Source: Veleropilina oligotropha
Lineage: Eukaryota
Assembly: GCA_048128005.1 (NCBI GenBank)
Contig: JBEUKZ010000054.1
Coordinates: 1,364,001-1,428,000, forward strand
Reading direction: 5' to 3'
DNA length: 64,000 nucleotides
Part shown: one piece after another, positions 1 through 13,830 of the stretch
Numbering within the stretch: position 1 is the stretch's first letter
How the letters are laid out: the number at the start of each line of letters is the position of its first letter
Notes under the pieces: model-generated
Told to the model about the DNA's origin: nothing
What the model saw: the letters and a program-made list of their open reading frames with translations, nothing else
The model's database searches: none
Program-made: the position numbers and the translations under genes

Positions 1-1860
1 AGCCAAAAAAGCTTTTGAAGAAACGTTAGCAGAAAACATCAAGGAAAACCCCAAATCTTTTTATGCTTATATTAGGTCAAAACAAAAAACAAAAGATGTT
101 GTAGGTCCCCTGAACGATGAACATGGAAATATAATATCCGATGATGCACAAATCTCAGAATCCCTAAACAAATATTTTGCATCTGTTTATACTATTGAGG
201 ACACGATAAACATTCCACCGGTAAAACTTATTTATGAAGATCATGAAACATTTTGTGAAAGTATTGAAATTACTACGGAAATGGTTGAAAAAAAGATAAG
301 CTTACTAAATGTCAGTAAAGCTCCAGGTCCAGACAGCATATATCCCAAATTGCTAAAATTCGGTAAAGATGAATTAGCAAAGCCATTATCCCTGATATTC
401 AATAAAACTCTACAAGAAGGCAGCTTGCCTGATGACTGGAAGACTGGAAATATTACCCCAATCTTTAAAAAAGGTAGTCGATCAAATACCCAAAATTATC
501 GACCTGTTAGTCTGACATCAATAGTAGGCAAAATAATGGAATCTATCTTAAAGGATGCTATCTTAAAACACATAAATAAATTTGGCCTTCTAAACCTAAG
601 TCAGCATGGGTTTATGGAAAAAAGATCTTGTTTAACAAACTTACTGGAATTTTTTGAAGATGTAACAAGTGCAATTGACAATGGCAAACCAGTTGATATC
701 ATATATCTTGATTTTCAGAAAGCATTCGATAAAGTACCACATAAACGACTATTACAAAAATTAAGTAACCATGGCATTAAAGGCCAAATACTAAATTGGA
801 TATGTAAGTGGCTAGAAAATAGAAAACAGAGGGTTGTAATAAATGGGATAAAGTCAGAATGGAAACCAGTACTAAGTGGAGTCCCACAAGGTTCTGTGTT
901 GGGACCATTGTTGTTTCTCATATATTTAAATGATATTGATGACGTCATTACATCTCTAGTAAAAAAGTTTGCAGACGATACCAAGCTGTACAGAATTATC
1001 GAAACAGAAGAAGATGCAAAGAAACTTCAAGGTGATTTAAATAATGTGATAAAATGGTCTGAGGACTGGCAAATGGTTTTCAACACCAGCAAATGTAAAG
1101 TAGTGCATGTGGGTTATAATAACAATACCTATAATTATGAAATGGGTTCAGAAGCTTTACAAGAAGTGGCCAAAGAAAAAGATTTGGGTGTATGGGTAGA
1201 CAAGACATTTAAACCATCAAATCAATGTGCAGAGTCAGCTAAAAAGGGAAATCAAATATTGGGAATGATAAAGAGAAATTTTAATTTTAAATCTAAAGCC
1301 ATCATAACTCGCCTATACAAACAAATGGTTAGACCGCATTTAGAATATGCAGTGCAAGCATGGTGTCCATATCTTGCAAAGGATATCAATATAATAGAAC
1401 AAGTTCAAAGAAGAGCCACAAAATTGATAGGAGAATTGAGAGAATTACCATACGAGGAGAGACTAAGAGCTCTGGACCTCACAACATTATCTTTGAGAAG
1501 GATAAGAGGTGATATGATTCAGGTGTTTAAAATGTTTACAGGAAAAGTCAACGTTGACAATAGTTTCTTTTTTCAGATGAACCAAAGGCATACCCGGGGG
1601 CATCAATACAAGATTTACAAAAAACGATTCCGACTAGACGTTAGAAAACACTTTTTCTCAAATCGGGTTGTCGATGAATGGAATGCTCTTCCTAATAATG
1701 TAGTGGAATCGACATCTGTAAACCAATTTAAAAATCGCCTAGATGAACATTTTAAGAAGAAGGGCAGGTTATAGAGGACAAGACAACTCAATGGGTTTTT
1801 ATATGAGTGGCAGTAATGCGCTTTCTAAACCCAAACAAATTCTATTTAATCTATTTAATC
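1..1860 (+). mobile_element. CR1-like LINE, 3' part (RT ORF 281-1774 plus 3' UTR); continues off the window start
   Basis: RT motifs YRPVSLTS, YLDFQKAFDKV, GVPQGSVLGP and FADD; short repeated tail (ctatttaat)x2 near 1843-1860. Confidence 0.9.
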
Positions 1861-2659
1861 AAGTTATGAATCACAGTTGTCCGCGACTGGCCGAAGAGGG
1901 CGGGTTTACCCGGGCGACCGGGGTTTCCTCCCGCGGAAAACAAGGACATGTCCTGCCTTGAACCGCGATGTTGAAAATATACAGGACATTAAGCATCATT
2001 CCTCCCTCATAACTGAAATACTATTGGTGTGGTCCAAAATAATGTTGACAAGTGCCAGCGAGATCCCCGCGGCAAAGCAAAAAATAGATTTAGTACAATG
2101 TTTGGATGGTATGGAGATTTCTTATTGAAATTGGGCTTTAATTCCTATAAAATATATCTTGAGCAGCCCACATGCAATAATTGAATAATTTTGTCCAATC
2201 TTGCAAATGTAACACATTATTTGTGTTATATTAATCAAAATTTATATGTCCAAACACACAAATTTAACACAGTTTTTGTGTTAAATTGAATGCAACATCA
2301 CTGCCAGAGCAGCATGTACAGCATCACAGAGCCAACCCATATGCACTCACTGAAAAAAGTTTAATCAGAAACTTTCACTAAAATTTCACAGAATTAAATT
2401 ATAATCAATGTAACTGTCAGAATAGCAGGAAACGACTATGAAGCATACACCAATGCATTTTTGCAAAAACATGCCTTGATCAATCAATATGGGTTAACTG
2501 AAAATCTCTAACCAAAAATGTTTACTAAATTTCCATGTCAAAAAACAGCAATTATTATTTATTTTAAATTTTATTAAATATTACTTCCAGGATAGCAGGT
2601 AGTGTCAATATGTCCAACACCAAAGTACAGTATATGCATTAAAAAGTGGCTTACTAAAC

Positions 2660-3099
2660 CACGGGCCATTGACGCTAACCAGAAATATGAGCGAAATCTA
2701 TCATGCATAACATTGACTTGTTACCACTCACTGATGACGTATAATATAAGAGAGGGCATACAGATGCACTTTTTCCGTTTTTTCACATGCTCCGCTTCGA
2801 ATCGCATTTTACCTAGCAGTAGAATCAGAAATCAAGGAAACTTAGTTATCATGCATTGCATAACATATTTATCTATGTCCACTTGTCTCGTTAGCTCAGA
2901 AAAGCCGTTCCGATAAGGATAAAAGTAAACTTCTTCATCCCATGTGCCAATGTCTTCTACATTTGTCGAATTCATTTGCCGGTAGCAATTTAAATTAGAA
3001 ACTAGTTTTCAAATTTTACGTTAACAGAACGCTTTCAGTTGGTGATGTCATCTAACCAATGACCGTCGACTACCGTTGACTGTTAGCCATTCTGTTAGC

Positions 3100-3133
<34 letters not shown>

Positions 3134-3521
3134 TCGATTATGTGACCACCAACTGAAAGCGTTCGGTCAATGCAAAATTTGAAAACTAGTTTCTAATTTA
3201 AATGGCTACCGGCAAATGAATTCAACAAATGTAGAAGACATCGTCACATGGGCGAACAAGTTTACTTTTATCGTTATCGGAACGGATTTTCTTCGCTAAT
3301 GAGGCAAGTGGACATAAACAAATATGTTATGCAATGCATGATAACTAAGTTTCCTTTATTTCTAATTCTACTGCTAGATAAAATGCGATTCGAAGCGGAG
3401 CATGTTAAAAACCGTGTGTGCCCTCACTTATATTATACGTCTGACATCAGTGAGTGATAACAATTCGATGTTTGACATCATAGATTTCGCTCATATTTCT
3501 GGTTAGCGTCAATGGCCCGTG
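2660..3521. mobile_element. Fold-back MITE (~400-bp inverted arms around a (TA)n centre) with 8-bp TSD
   Basis: Ends CACGGGCCATTGACGCTAACC...GGTTAGCGTCAATGGCCCGTG; TACTAAAC at 2652-2659 and 3522-3529. An 8-bp TSD with CA...TG ends fits hAT or P-type elements. Confidence 0.85.
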
Positions 3522-3661
3522 TACTAAACCTATATGCAATCATCGAAAAACTTTAACCTAAAAAATGTAGCTAAAATGTTTATATAAAAGATACCAATTT
3601 CACAAATTATTTATTTTAAATTTTGTTCAATATCACTGCCAGGCTAGCAGGTAGCATCAAT

Positions 3662-6100
3662 ATTAAATATTAAATATAATTTGTTTGGGTTTAGAAAGCG
3701 CATTACTGCCACTCATATAAAAACCCACCGAGTTGTCTTGTCCTCTATAACCTGCCCTTCTTCTTAAAATGCTCATCTAGGCGATTTTTAAATTGGTTTA
3801 CAGATGTCGATTCCACTACATTATTAGGAAGAGCATTCCATTCATCGACAACCCGATTTGAGAAAAAGTATTTTCTAACGTCTAGTCGGAATCGTTTGTT
3901 GTAAATCTTGTATTGATGCCCCCGGGTATGCCTTTGGTTCATCTGAAAAAAGAAACTATTGTCAACGTTGACTTTTCCTGTAAACATTTTAAACACCCGA
4001 ATCATATCACCTCTTATCCTTCTCAAAGATAATGTTGTGAGGGTCAGAGCTCTTAGTCTCTCCTCGTATGGTAATTCTCTCAATTCTCCTATCAATTTTG
4101 TGGCTCTTCTTTGAACTTGTTCTATTATATTGATATCCTTAGCAAGATATGGACACCATGCTTGCACTGCATATTCTAAATGCGGTCTAACCATTTGCTT
4201 GTATAGGCGAGTTATGATGGCTTTAGATTTAAAATTAAAATTTCTCTTTACCATTCCCAATATTTGATTTCCCTTTTTAGCTGACTCTGCACATTGATTT
4301 GATGGTTTAAATGTCTTGTCTACCCATACACCCAAATCTTTTTCTTTGGCCATTTCTTGTAAAGCTTCTGAACCCATTTCATAATTATAGGTATTGTTAT
4401 TATAACCCACATGCATTACTTTACATTTGCTGGTGTTGAAAACCATTTGCCAGTCCTCAGACCATTTTATCACATTATTTAAATCACCTTGAAGTTTCTT
4501 TGCATCTTCTTCTGTTTCGATAATTCTGTACAGCTTGGTATCGTCTGCAAACTTTTTTACTAGCGATGTAATGACGTCATCAATATCATTTAAATATATG
4601 AGAAACAACAATGGTCCCAACACAGAACCTTGTGGGACTCCACTTAGTACTGGTTTCCATTCTGACTTTACCCCATTTATTACAACCCTCTGTTTTCTAT
4701 TTTCTAGCCACTTACATATCCAATTTAGTATTTAGCCTTTAATGCCATGGTTACTTAATTTTTGTAATAGTCGTTTATGTGGTACTTTATCGAATGCTTT
4801 CTGAAAATCAAGATATATGATGTCAACTGGTTTGCCATTGTCAATTGCACTTGTTACATCTTCAAAAAATTCCAGTAAGTTTGTTAAACAAGATCTTTTT
4901 TCCATAAACCCATGCTGACTTAGGTTTAGAAGGCCAAATTTATTTATGTGTTTTAAGATAGCACCCTTTAAGATGGATTCCATTATTTTGCCTACTATTG
5001 ATGTCAGACTAACAGGTCGATAATTTTGGGTATTTGATCGACTACCTTTTTTAAAGATTGGGGTAATATTTCCAGGCTTCCAGTCATCAGGCAAGCTGCC
5101 TTCTTGTAGAGTTTTATTGAATATCAGGGCTAATGGCTTTGCTAATTCAACTTTACCGAATTTTAGCAATTTGGGATATATGCTGTCTGGACCTGGAGCT
5201 TTACTGACATTTAGTAAGCTTATCTTTTTTTCAACCATTTCCGTAGTAATTTCAATACTTTCACAAAATGTTTCATGATCTTCATAAATAAGTTTTACCG
5301 GTGGAATGTTTATCGTGTCCTCAATAGTATAAACAGATGCAAAATATTTGTTAAGGGATTCTGAGATTTGTGCATCATCGGATATTATATTTCCATGTTC
5401 ATCGTTCAGGGGACCTACAACATCTTTTGTTTTTTGTTTTGACCTAATATAAGCATAAAAAGATTTGGGGTTTTCCTTGATGTTTTCTGCTAACTTTTCT
5501 TCAAAAGCTTTTTTGGCTGCTCGGATTTCTTTTTTACTTTCTTTCTCACATTCTTTATATTTTTGGTGCTCATCTGTGTCGTGTGACTCTCTGTATCGTT
5601 TCCAACGTTTATATTTCCGTCTTATAATTTTTCTGACTTTCCTGGTTAACCATGGTGGTGAATGTTTTTTGCGTCTACACTTTAATGGAACATTTCTTTT
5701 CATTATTTGTTCGATGTTATTTCGAAAACCTTCCCAACATTCCGTGGCATTTAAGTTTTCAGTTCCCTCCCAGTTTATATTTCGGAGATCTGCTTTAATT
5801 TTGTCAAAATCTGCTTTTCGAAAATCTGGTATTTCTTGTTTGCTAGTTTTCACAATTGTTTTTGTGTGTAGCTGGAATTCAATTAAATCATGATCACTAC
5901 ATCCAAGTTTCCCAATTCTGCTAATGTTTTGCACCATATTTACCTCACTGGAAAACACTAAATCTAATACATTATTGCCTCTAGTCGGGAAATCCACATG
6001 TTGGTGCATGAATTCATTTTGCATCGTGGTTAAAAAATCTGTTCCTGCTTTCCCACTATGTAAATTTTTCCAATTTATATCTGGGTAATTAAATATAGCC
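3662..6100 (-). mobile_element. Second copy of the same CR1-like LINE; 5'-truncated, with a premature stop near 4732
   Basis: ORFs 4732-6123 and 3745-4623 are nearly identical to ORF 281-1774; endonuclease C-terminal motifs FNYPDI and SDH; possible TSD CATCAAT at 3655-3661 and 6103-6109. Confidence 0.9.
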
Positions 6101-6695
6101 ACCATCAATGCATATGCATGCAAAACAGTGCAATGAGCAATCTATAAGCACTATTTGAAAAACTTTAATTGAAAACTTCTAACAAATTTCATGCATTATT
6201 TATATAAAATTATAATGTAATTACTCATTTCCAGACTGAGAGTATCAGCTCACATCCATATAACCATTACTAAAGCTTATATACCAAAATGTGCCTTGCG
6301 CAATCTATATACACTCAAAGAAAAACTTTAACCAAAAATTTTAACTGAAAAATGTCTAAGTATGTTCAAAGTGCTCTTTTTTCACAAAATAAATTTAACA
6401 TCTTGTCGTTTTGGGTTCCAATTAAAGCCTAAACATGTCTACTTTCCATCTGAATAGGTTTGATTGAGTTATTCATCCATTAAATGTATGTAATACCTAT
6501 TCCAAAATCTTTAACCAAAAGTGTGACCGGACGGACGGATGCTATCCCTATATCCCTCTTCGGCTTTTTCCTTCGGAAGCGGCGGGGGATAAAAAGTGGT
6601 CATTAAACTTCCTAATTGACCCATTCAGTCTGTTAAGATCAAAAGTTTTACTTGAGATATCATATCAATCCTCGTGATTTTCTGTTCGTTTTCAG

Positions 6696-6897
6696 AGCCT
6701 TCGCTGTCGGCATTTATACGACCAACAATTCAGAAGCCTGCGAATACATACTGAAGGACTGCGAGGCCAACATAGCAATCGTAGAAAACGACATGCAGTT
6801 GCATAAAGTATTAAAAATTCGCAAAAATTTACCGCATCTCAAGGCCATAGTACAATACAAGGGCAGACTATCCCAGCAGCTGCCTAATGTGTACACG
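6696..6897 (+). CDS. ACSBG2: Host long-chain fatty acid-CoA ligase (ACSBG/bubblegum-like), internal exon A
   Basis: ttttcAG acceptor and GTATGT donor; encodes AFAVGIYTTNNSEACEYIL...LPHLKAIVQY, typical of the ACSBG family; in frame with exons B and C. The exact paralogue is uncertain. Confidence 0.8.
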
Positions 6898-7455
6898 GTA
6901 TGTACTGAATACAAGCCTAGAGCAGACTGTCCCAGCAGCTGTCGAATACTGTAAATCAATTAATATCACGAATACTCAATTTCGCTAATATTAACTATGT
7001 GAACAATTTGTGTAGCTTTAATTTCGCGTATCCTAGTAAGATAAGTTGTATTTTTCAACATACATTTTCCATAATAGGGACCCTAATCTGCAAAGAATCA
7101 ATTACTTCATTGAAACCTTATGTTAGTGCTCACCATATGCATTGATTCAGCATTGTTAAATGAGTGAGATACATCACGGTCACGGGTTGCATTCAATTGC
7201 ACAGATGAATCGGATTACCGCCTACGGCAACACATCGCCAAATCAATTAACGACAGAAACAATTAAGTGGCTGAACAAACTCATCATCATCATTTTTATT
7301 ATATTGCATTCAACATATACATGTTTTTGCATACTGATAAAAGAGAACAACAGACAGGTGATATTATTGCAATAGCATAGGTGAAAGAACAATCAACATA
7401 CATGGATTTGTATGAAAATAATGTAACAATAGTGGTTACCATATCTATTTAAACA

Positions 7456-8370
7456 TTAAACAGTATTTCGTTTATGTAAAGCACGTTTGATATATAAACC
7501 TAATTTGGAGAGTAGAGCAGCAGATGCTGATGTAAGTAAATTGATTAATTTTTGTTTAGATGGCCACCTAGTAAAATATTTAGGTAAAATTTGGATTCGA
7601 ATATCACGATAAAAAGGACACACTAAAATAAAGTGGTATTCATCTTCAATCAAATCATGACTACAAGATGGACATGTCCTTTCGGCTCTAATGATGCCTA
7701 AAAATCTTCCCTCTTCAATGTTAAGTCTGCATGTACTGCTGCGAATTTCCGAAATTAGCTTTCTTGAGTTAGAATTACTCAATGTCAGGTATTTTTCGAA
7801 TTTCGGCGACTGTTTGTATATGGCGTATAACGATAACCTAGACGTAGATTCAACCAGGGAGTGCCAATATTGATTATACTGATCGTGTAGGCGCTGTATA
7901 ATAAACGGTATATTTATTGTAGCAGCGTCTTCAACATGCCAGTAGTTCATGCATCCGAGTTCTATTAGTAGGTCCCTAATGCCCCGAGCCCAGTTGGGTG
8001 TATTTAAATTGTCGCAGTTAAGACGGTCCACATTGTATATTCTATATATTAATGAATTCTTATTATTTATTATTTTATACCAATATTTTAAAACAAGTTC
8101 TTTTCGTCTAATTGACATCGGCATGCGCCCCAATTCGCCATATAGAAATGCATTTGGTGTTCTTTGCCCAACGTGTAGCAGTTTTCGACAAAATTTGGTA
8201 TGAACAGTTTCTGTTATTTCACTATGATGGAGACCCCATACCTCGCAACTATAAAGAAGAACTGGACGAACTAAAGTGTCAAACATATCGATTTGAGTAT
8301 GTATAGGGAATATATATTTACTAGTAATTACATTTAGAGCACTCAATGCTCTTTGACCTAGTAGATGCTC
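7456..8370 (-). mobile_element. LINE 3' fragment (post-RT region with CCHC finger)
   Basis: ORF 7456-8346 with PVLLYSCEVWG, YGELGR and CPSC...EDEYHFILVCP. Confidence 0.75.
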
Positions 8371-9578
8371 TTTTACATGAAAAAACCTAAAACGAGATGA
8401 CGTGATTAATGTATAGATGCGGACTGATAGGATGAATTAATTAGACAATACATAGGTTGCAGATGACGTCACGCAATCCCAGAATTCTGTGCGCGGCGCC
8501 ATTACAGAAGGAAAGGAATAACACGAGGGATATAAGATTACAGTATAAATCGATTCAATTATGTGAAAATAAATGATAAAGATAGAAATTCACGGAAGCG
8601 TTGTGACGGTACTTTCAATATATTAAATATATATTGTCGTTTGGGTTAGATTTGGTTTAGTTCATACAACAACAGCAGAGCCTTCGTCATTTAAATTAAA
8701 TAACTGGTCCAATTTTAGGCTATTAATTAAGCCTAGCCATAGCTAAAATTTCATTCGAATCTTACAATTAGCCTTATAAATACCTTTTGTGTTCTTTATT
8801 CAACTGTCGACGGTAACAATTGCGTTGAACATCCATCGCATTGAAATAAAATCAGACCGCCATCAAAGTTTGATACATTGATTCATATTGTTTTAAAACG
8901 TAAAAGTAGGCGCCTACGTTAGTCCCTTTGATCGGAAATGTTGTCCATTGTAATGTGAAAGCAATTTTCGCATTCCGAGTGTATTTCGGTATTTATATAT
9001 TTAATCTAAAATTCGAGCTTATAATTTATTTCGTACACGCCTCGGATCTGCGCAGTGATATAGCTGTGGATTTTCCAAACATGTGCGACCCGTTAAGCTT
9101 AGTAGTCTTTTTACAAAAAACCAAATAAAAATAAAAGCTTTAATGTGTTACCATTGGAAGTGTAGGTATACAGCAAATATTTTGTTTAATTTTATAAACT
9201 TTGAAAGACAGACATTAGATCAAGAACTATATTTTATTGCGGAACGTTCAAATTGCGCAAGCTGGTTATTTCAGTCATATGGTGTTTGTAGCCTAGATGT
9301 GTTTACAAGAAACAATGGGTCTGCAGCACAAATAAAATGTTACCTATTTATCAGCTTGTCAATGACATCATGTGGTCTCAATTGAATTATCAACAAGACA
9401 ATAACCATTGAAAATAACAATTAGCACTGCAGCGGGGTACTAAAGAACGACGTGCGATGCATGCGCACTTTGACTTTCAAGTCGGGGAAACGTTTAATTA
9501 ATCCGTAAAAAGACAAAACGTACGTACTATAATAGGCTTACTACATTTAGTAATATACATACGATAATTTATTGACAA

Positions 9579-9881
9579 TCTTAATATAATGGAGCTATAA
9601 TTGTATGCGGGTCTGTCTGTCTGTCTGTCTGTTTCAAGTTGAACTCCTCCCAGACGCTTTGACCTAGGACCTTCAAACTTTGGGGGGTTAATCGGGGTCC
9701 CCCAAGGAAGGTTTACCACGAAAAAAATTCGGAAAATTCGCGAAAAAAAAAAAAATTTACTATCATTTTTAATATAATCGAGAAAAAAATAAAAAAATAA
9801 AAAAGGAGCACTATCCAAAAAAAAAAAATAAAAAAATTGGGCTGGGGGGACTTACCCGGCGAAGACGGGTACCATTGCTAG
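9579..9881 (+). mobile_element. Short non-autonomous Helitron-like element
   Basis: A|TC start, (GTCT)n tract, 3' hairpin ACCCGGCGAAGACGGGT followed by CTAG|T. Confidence 0.65.
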
Positions 9882-10580
9882 TTTATATAATGTGGGAACT
9901 AATGAACTTAAACGTAGGAACTATAATTAACTAAAGTCAGTAACAGTATAGCTTATTACATGAATATTTACTTTATTCGCCGTATTTGTTTTTCTGCGGT
10001 TGCGATATCAAACGTAACAACTTCCCGTAAGAACAGCAACTCGTGAATATTCAAAACTAAATGAATGCTCCTCCACACGTATTTTCTTGTTTTCTACAGA
10101 TATTTTACGTATTGACCAGTATTCATTTGATTGACTGCTACGAGTGTTTGCCTTCCGCGATGGCGGACGACTCGGTGATCACGTGGTTTTGGTCACGTGT
10201 CTGCAACCTATGTATAGCACGTGTTGCATAAAGAAACATATTGACGGAAATGCAAAATGGCAATATATTTTGGGACTACATAAATGTTATTTTTACCTGC
10301 GTCTAGCAGGGTCAATGAATGGTACATGTAAGTTGTTGTTGTTGTTGTTGTTCTTCTTGGGGGGAAGACAATTTTGAAATGATTTCAACCAGATCTTCCA
10401 CCTTTTAGGCGACTTCGACAACAAGCCAATTTGAAAAAAGTGCATGACCACTTGATATATGAATTGAGAGATGCTGCCAAACAGAATAGCAAATTACCAT
10501 GACAGCCTCTTTGATGAATAAATATTAAATCATACAGAAACGTGGTCTGTATTATATGTATCACACATGTTTCACAGTAG

Positions 10581-11332
10581 TAAAAGAGGTATAACAGTTA
10601 AACATTTTAATATTTTGCATACTTTATTAAATTATAATTAATCAACTTTATTATAGTTAACTAAGTCTGTCAAAGGGGCGTAACTCTTGAAAACCAATTT
10701 GTTTGTGTGTGACGTCAATATAATATAATATAATATAATATAATATAATATAATATAATATAATATAATATAATATAATATAATATAATATAATATAATA
10801 TAATATAATATAATATAATAAAAATAAAAATAAAAATAAAATAAAATAAAATAAAATAAATAAAATATATAAAATAAAATAAAATAAAATAAATAAAATA
10901 TATAAAATAAAATAAAATAAAATAAATAAAATATATAAAATAAAATAAAATAAAATAAATAAATAAAATAAATAAAATAAAATAAAATAAAATAAAATAA
11001 AATAAAATAAATAAATAAAGTAAAATAAAATAAAATAAAATAAAATAAAATAAATAAATAAAATAAAATAAAATAAAATAAAATAAAATAAAATAAATAA
11101 ATAAATAAATAAAATAAAATAAATAAATAAATAAATAAAATAAAATAAAATAAAATAAAATAAAATAAAATAAATAAAATAAAATAAAATAAAATAAAAT
11201 AAAATAAATAAATAAAATTAAATAAATAAATTAAAAAAAATTAAAAAAATTAAATAAAATAAAATAAAATAAAATAAAATAAAATATAATATAATGTGAG
11301 ACTCACCCGTCGAAGACGGGTACCCTGGCTAG
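10581..11332 (+). repeat. (TAATA)n/(TAAAA)n microsatellite block ending in a Helitron-like 3' end
   Basis: Simple repeats ~10718-11295, then ACCCGTCGAAGACGGGT...CTAG|T, the same 3' end as the element at 9579-9881. Confidence 0.7.
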
Positions 11333-11679
11333 TCATACAGAAACATGGTCTGTATTATATGTATCACACATGTTTCACAGTAGAAATTTTGCTTATGACG
11401 CAGGTATTGCACACATTATGTGCTTGTTATACAACTTTTGTTATTTATTGCACAGGCCGAAATAGGATTAATACTTCTAATGTTTACTAGTACAAGTATT
11501 TATTCGCATAAGTAACTTTTGTTTGGTAATCGCAAATTTACAACAATGATAAACCAACAGATCAACTTATGGTCCATCTTTAGCAATGGCGTCCAGCAAG
11601 AAAATCACTATATCGGATTAAAATTTTAAATTTCCTTGCTTACTAAAGCTGTATTTTGTTCCATTTGAAGTAGGGTATC

Positions 11680-12949
11680 CTGGGGCGGATCCAGGAAAAT
11701 TTTAGGGGGGTTCCAATAAATTATTTATGATGGAGCCAGGTACGTGAGTGGCCGAATGCCGCGAAGATTGAGCGGCCGTAGGCCGCGAATACCTAGGGGG
11801 GTTTGGGGGCATGCCCCCCCCAAGATTTTTTTCATTTAGATGCTCTGCGAAGCGTTCTCCTGCATTCTAGGACAAAAATTGACATTTTTATTGGCCTCAA
11901 AATTTATAGTTTGGAGAGCAGAAAATTAAAAAAAAATGTTTTCGTTTCTGGCAGAAATATTGGGGCAGCAGCCGCCGCCCCTGCCGCCCCACCACCGACG
12001 CCTCTGGAAAAATGTGCGTTTGTGTAACAAAAAGCTGTGCGCAGCACTGCTCGCGATGCCGAATGCATCTCTGGGGGATTGTTTCGGAACGGGGGTATCT
12101 ACGATATATACGATAGAGGATTTTTAAAATTAGAATTGCATTTTATGAGCTGTGGTGACATTTGTGAGATAAATTTTAGCCTCACAATCTCCCTGCCAAG
12201 TTGATGCATTTGGTACATTCAATGCCAGGCCTTATGTATTCTTGTGCATTAAAGTAAGTTTTTTTGTATTATTAGGCCTATCATGATTGATTATTTTTGC
12301 ATGCTCTACGCACAAATTTCACAGACTTCACAAGTTTGTTACAACAACTAGATGTCCATGCATTCGATTATGGGCAATGTATTCTCATAAAGACAAATGA
12401 CAATTTACTGTTATTTTTATTTGCAATTTACAATTATTATTCCAAAGATAGTTCACAATATTCTGAGTCTGACATAATCGCCAGTTACTATAAATTAATC
12501 ACTGAGTATATTTGCCAGCGACATTCTACGTGGATGATTTCTGGCAAAGTTGTTTATGATTGTGTCTATATCCACGTTTTTGTTATAGTGTACGTGCATT
12601 AATTTGTGCCAATCCATTTAGTCGATCTTCGACCATCGTAGTATATATGTCTTGAGTCTCTTGAGACTGCTGAAGCTACGTTCGCATTCGGCACTGCTGA
12701 CAGCAAACGTGCACAAAAGACGCATAATAACATGCACGTTTGGAAAGAAGCTACCATGACATGTCATCAGTGGCAATTAATACTTAAAACTATATACAAT
12801 TATGTACATAACACATTTAACTGGAGACTTTTTTACATTTATTTATATTATGATTTTTTTTGCTATGGACGGGGGGTCCAGGACCCACCCTGCAGAGCCT
12901 TGGGGGGGGGGGTCCAGGGACCCCTGGACCCCCCCTGGATCCGCCCCAG
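11680..12949. mobile_element. MITE with CTGGGGCGGATCCAGG terminal inverted repeats
   Basis: The TIR is visible at both ends; GTATC flanks both sides, but the TSD length is unclear. Confidence 0.55.
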
Positions 12950-13728
12950 GTATCTATTTAATTACATTAAATATATGCTGAATCTTACCATTTTGTTTGT
13001 GTGTTAAAGACAGCATACTTATATCTGATAATATTTTGTATATTAGTGACATAATGTTGCGAGATTTTTATTTTCGCGTAATGAGCGACACGCGAACTTT
13101 AATTGCTGGTGAAATTTTCTTGATTTACAGTATATTTATTGTACACGGTATGTACTGAATACAAGGGCAGACTTTCCCCAATGTGTACATGGTATGTATT
13201 GTCTTATACTCGTACTACTCAGGATAGACACGGGTCAGTAAATTTGACCCCCGAAGTGATACGTCCAAGGGAACATTCTGTCACAAAAATTCAAAACAGT
13301 GATGATTTTAGGCAGCATATGCATCACGAAATATCCTTTTTGCCATTTATTTAGGAAACGTAGTTCGATTTTACATCAATTTCATAGTGTTCTTACTTTT
13401 CTTCTACCTGTTGGATGTCATCAATTGAGGTCTCCTATGAAACATGAACAAACATAATTTTCTTCAAGTGATTTCTACGTATATAGAGCTGAAAGTGATT
13501 TATTTAATAAGATATTTCCCTTGCTGCAGACGTTCTAATAATCGCCTTTACGGATTAAACGTAGTTAAATTCTCTTTAACAAAGGCTGTCGCCACATTTA
13601 ATTGAATCCCATCTGATTGGCTGATGGCATATGTTGATCTTAATCATTTAAAGGTATGGAATTTTTTTTTACACCATTGTTTTGCGTCTGTGAAACTGAA
13701 AGAAAAAGCTTTTGGATTGTATTTGTAG

Positions 13729-13830
13729 TGGGAAGAGTTTATTGGACTATCCATCGAGACCCCAGACTCTGTCTTGGATGATATCATCAACAATCAGTGT
13801 CCCAACTCGTGTGCGTCGCTGATATACACA
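13729..13830 (+). CDS. ACSBG2: ACSBG-like internal exon B (WEEFIGLSIETPDSVLDDIINNQCPNSCASLIYT)
   Basis: ttgtAG acceptor, GTAAGT donor, 102 bp, phase 0; ends in LIYT, the first half of the AMP-binding motif. Confidence 0.8.

Larger units (their letters stand above)
6949..13130. mobile_element. Probable Tc1/mariner-type non-autonomous element enlarged by nested insertions
   Basis: TA|CTGTAAATCAA ... TTGATTTACAG|TA; it splits an exon-A-derived repeat whose two halves lie on either side. Confidence 0.55.
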
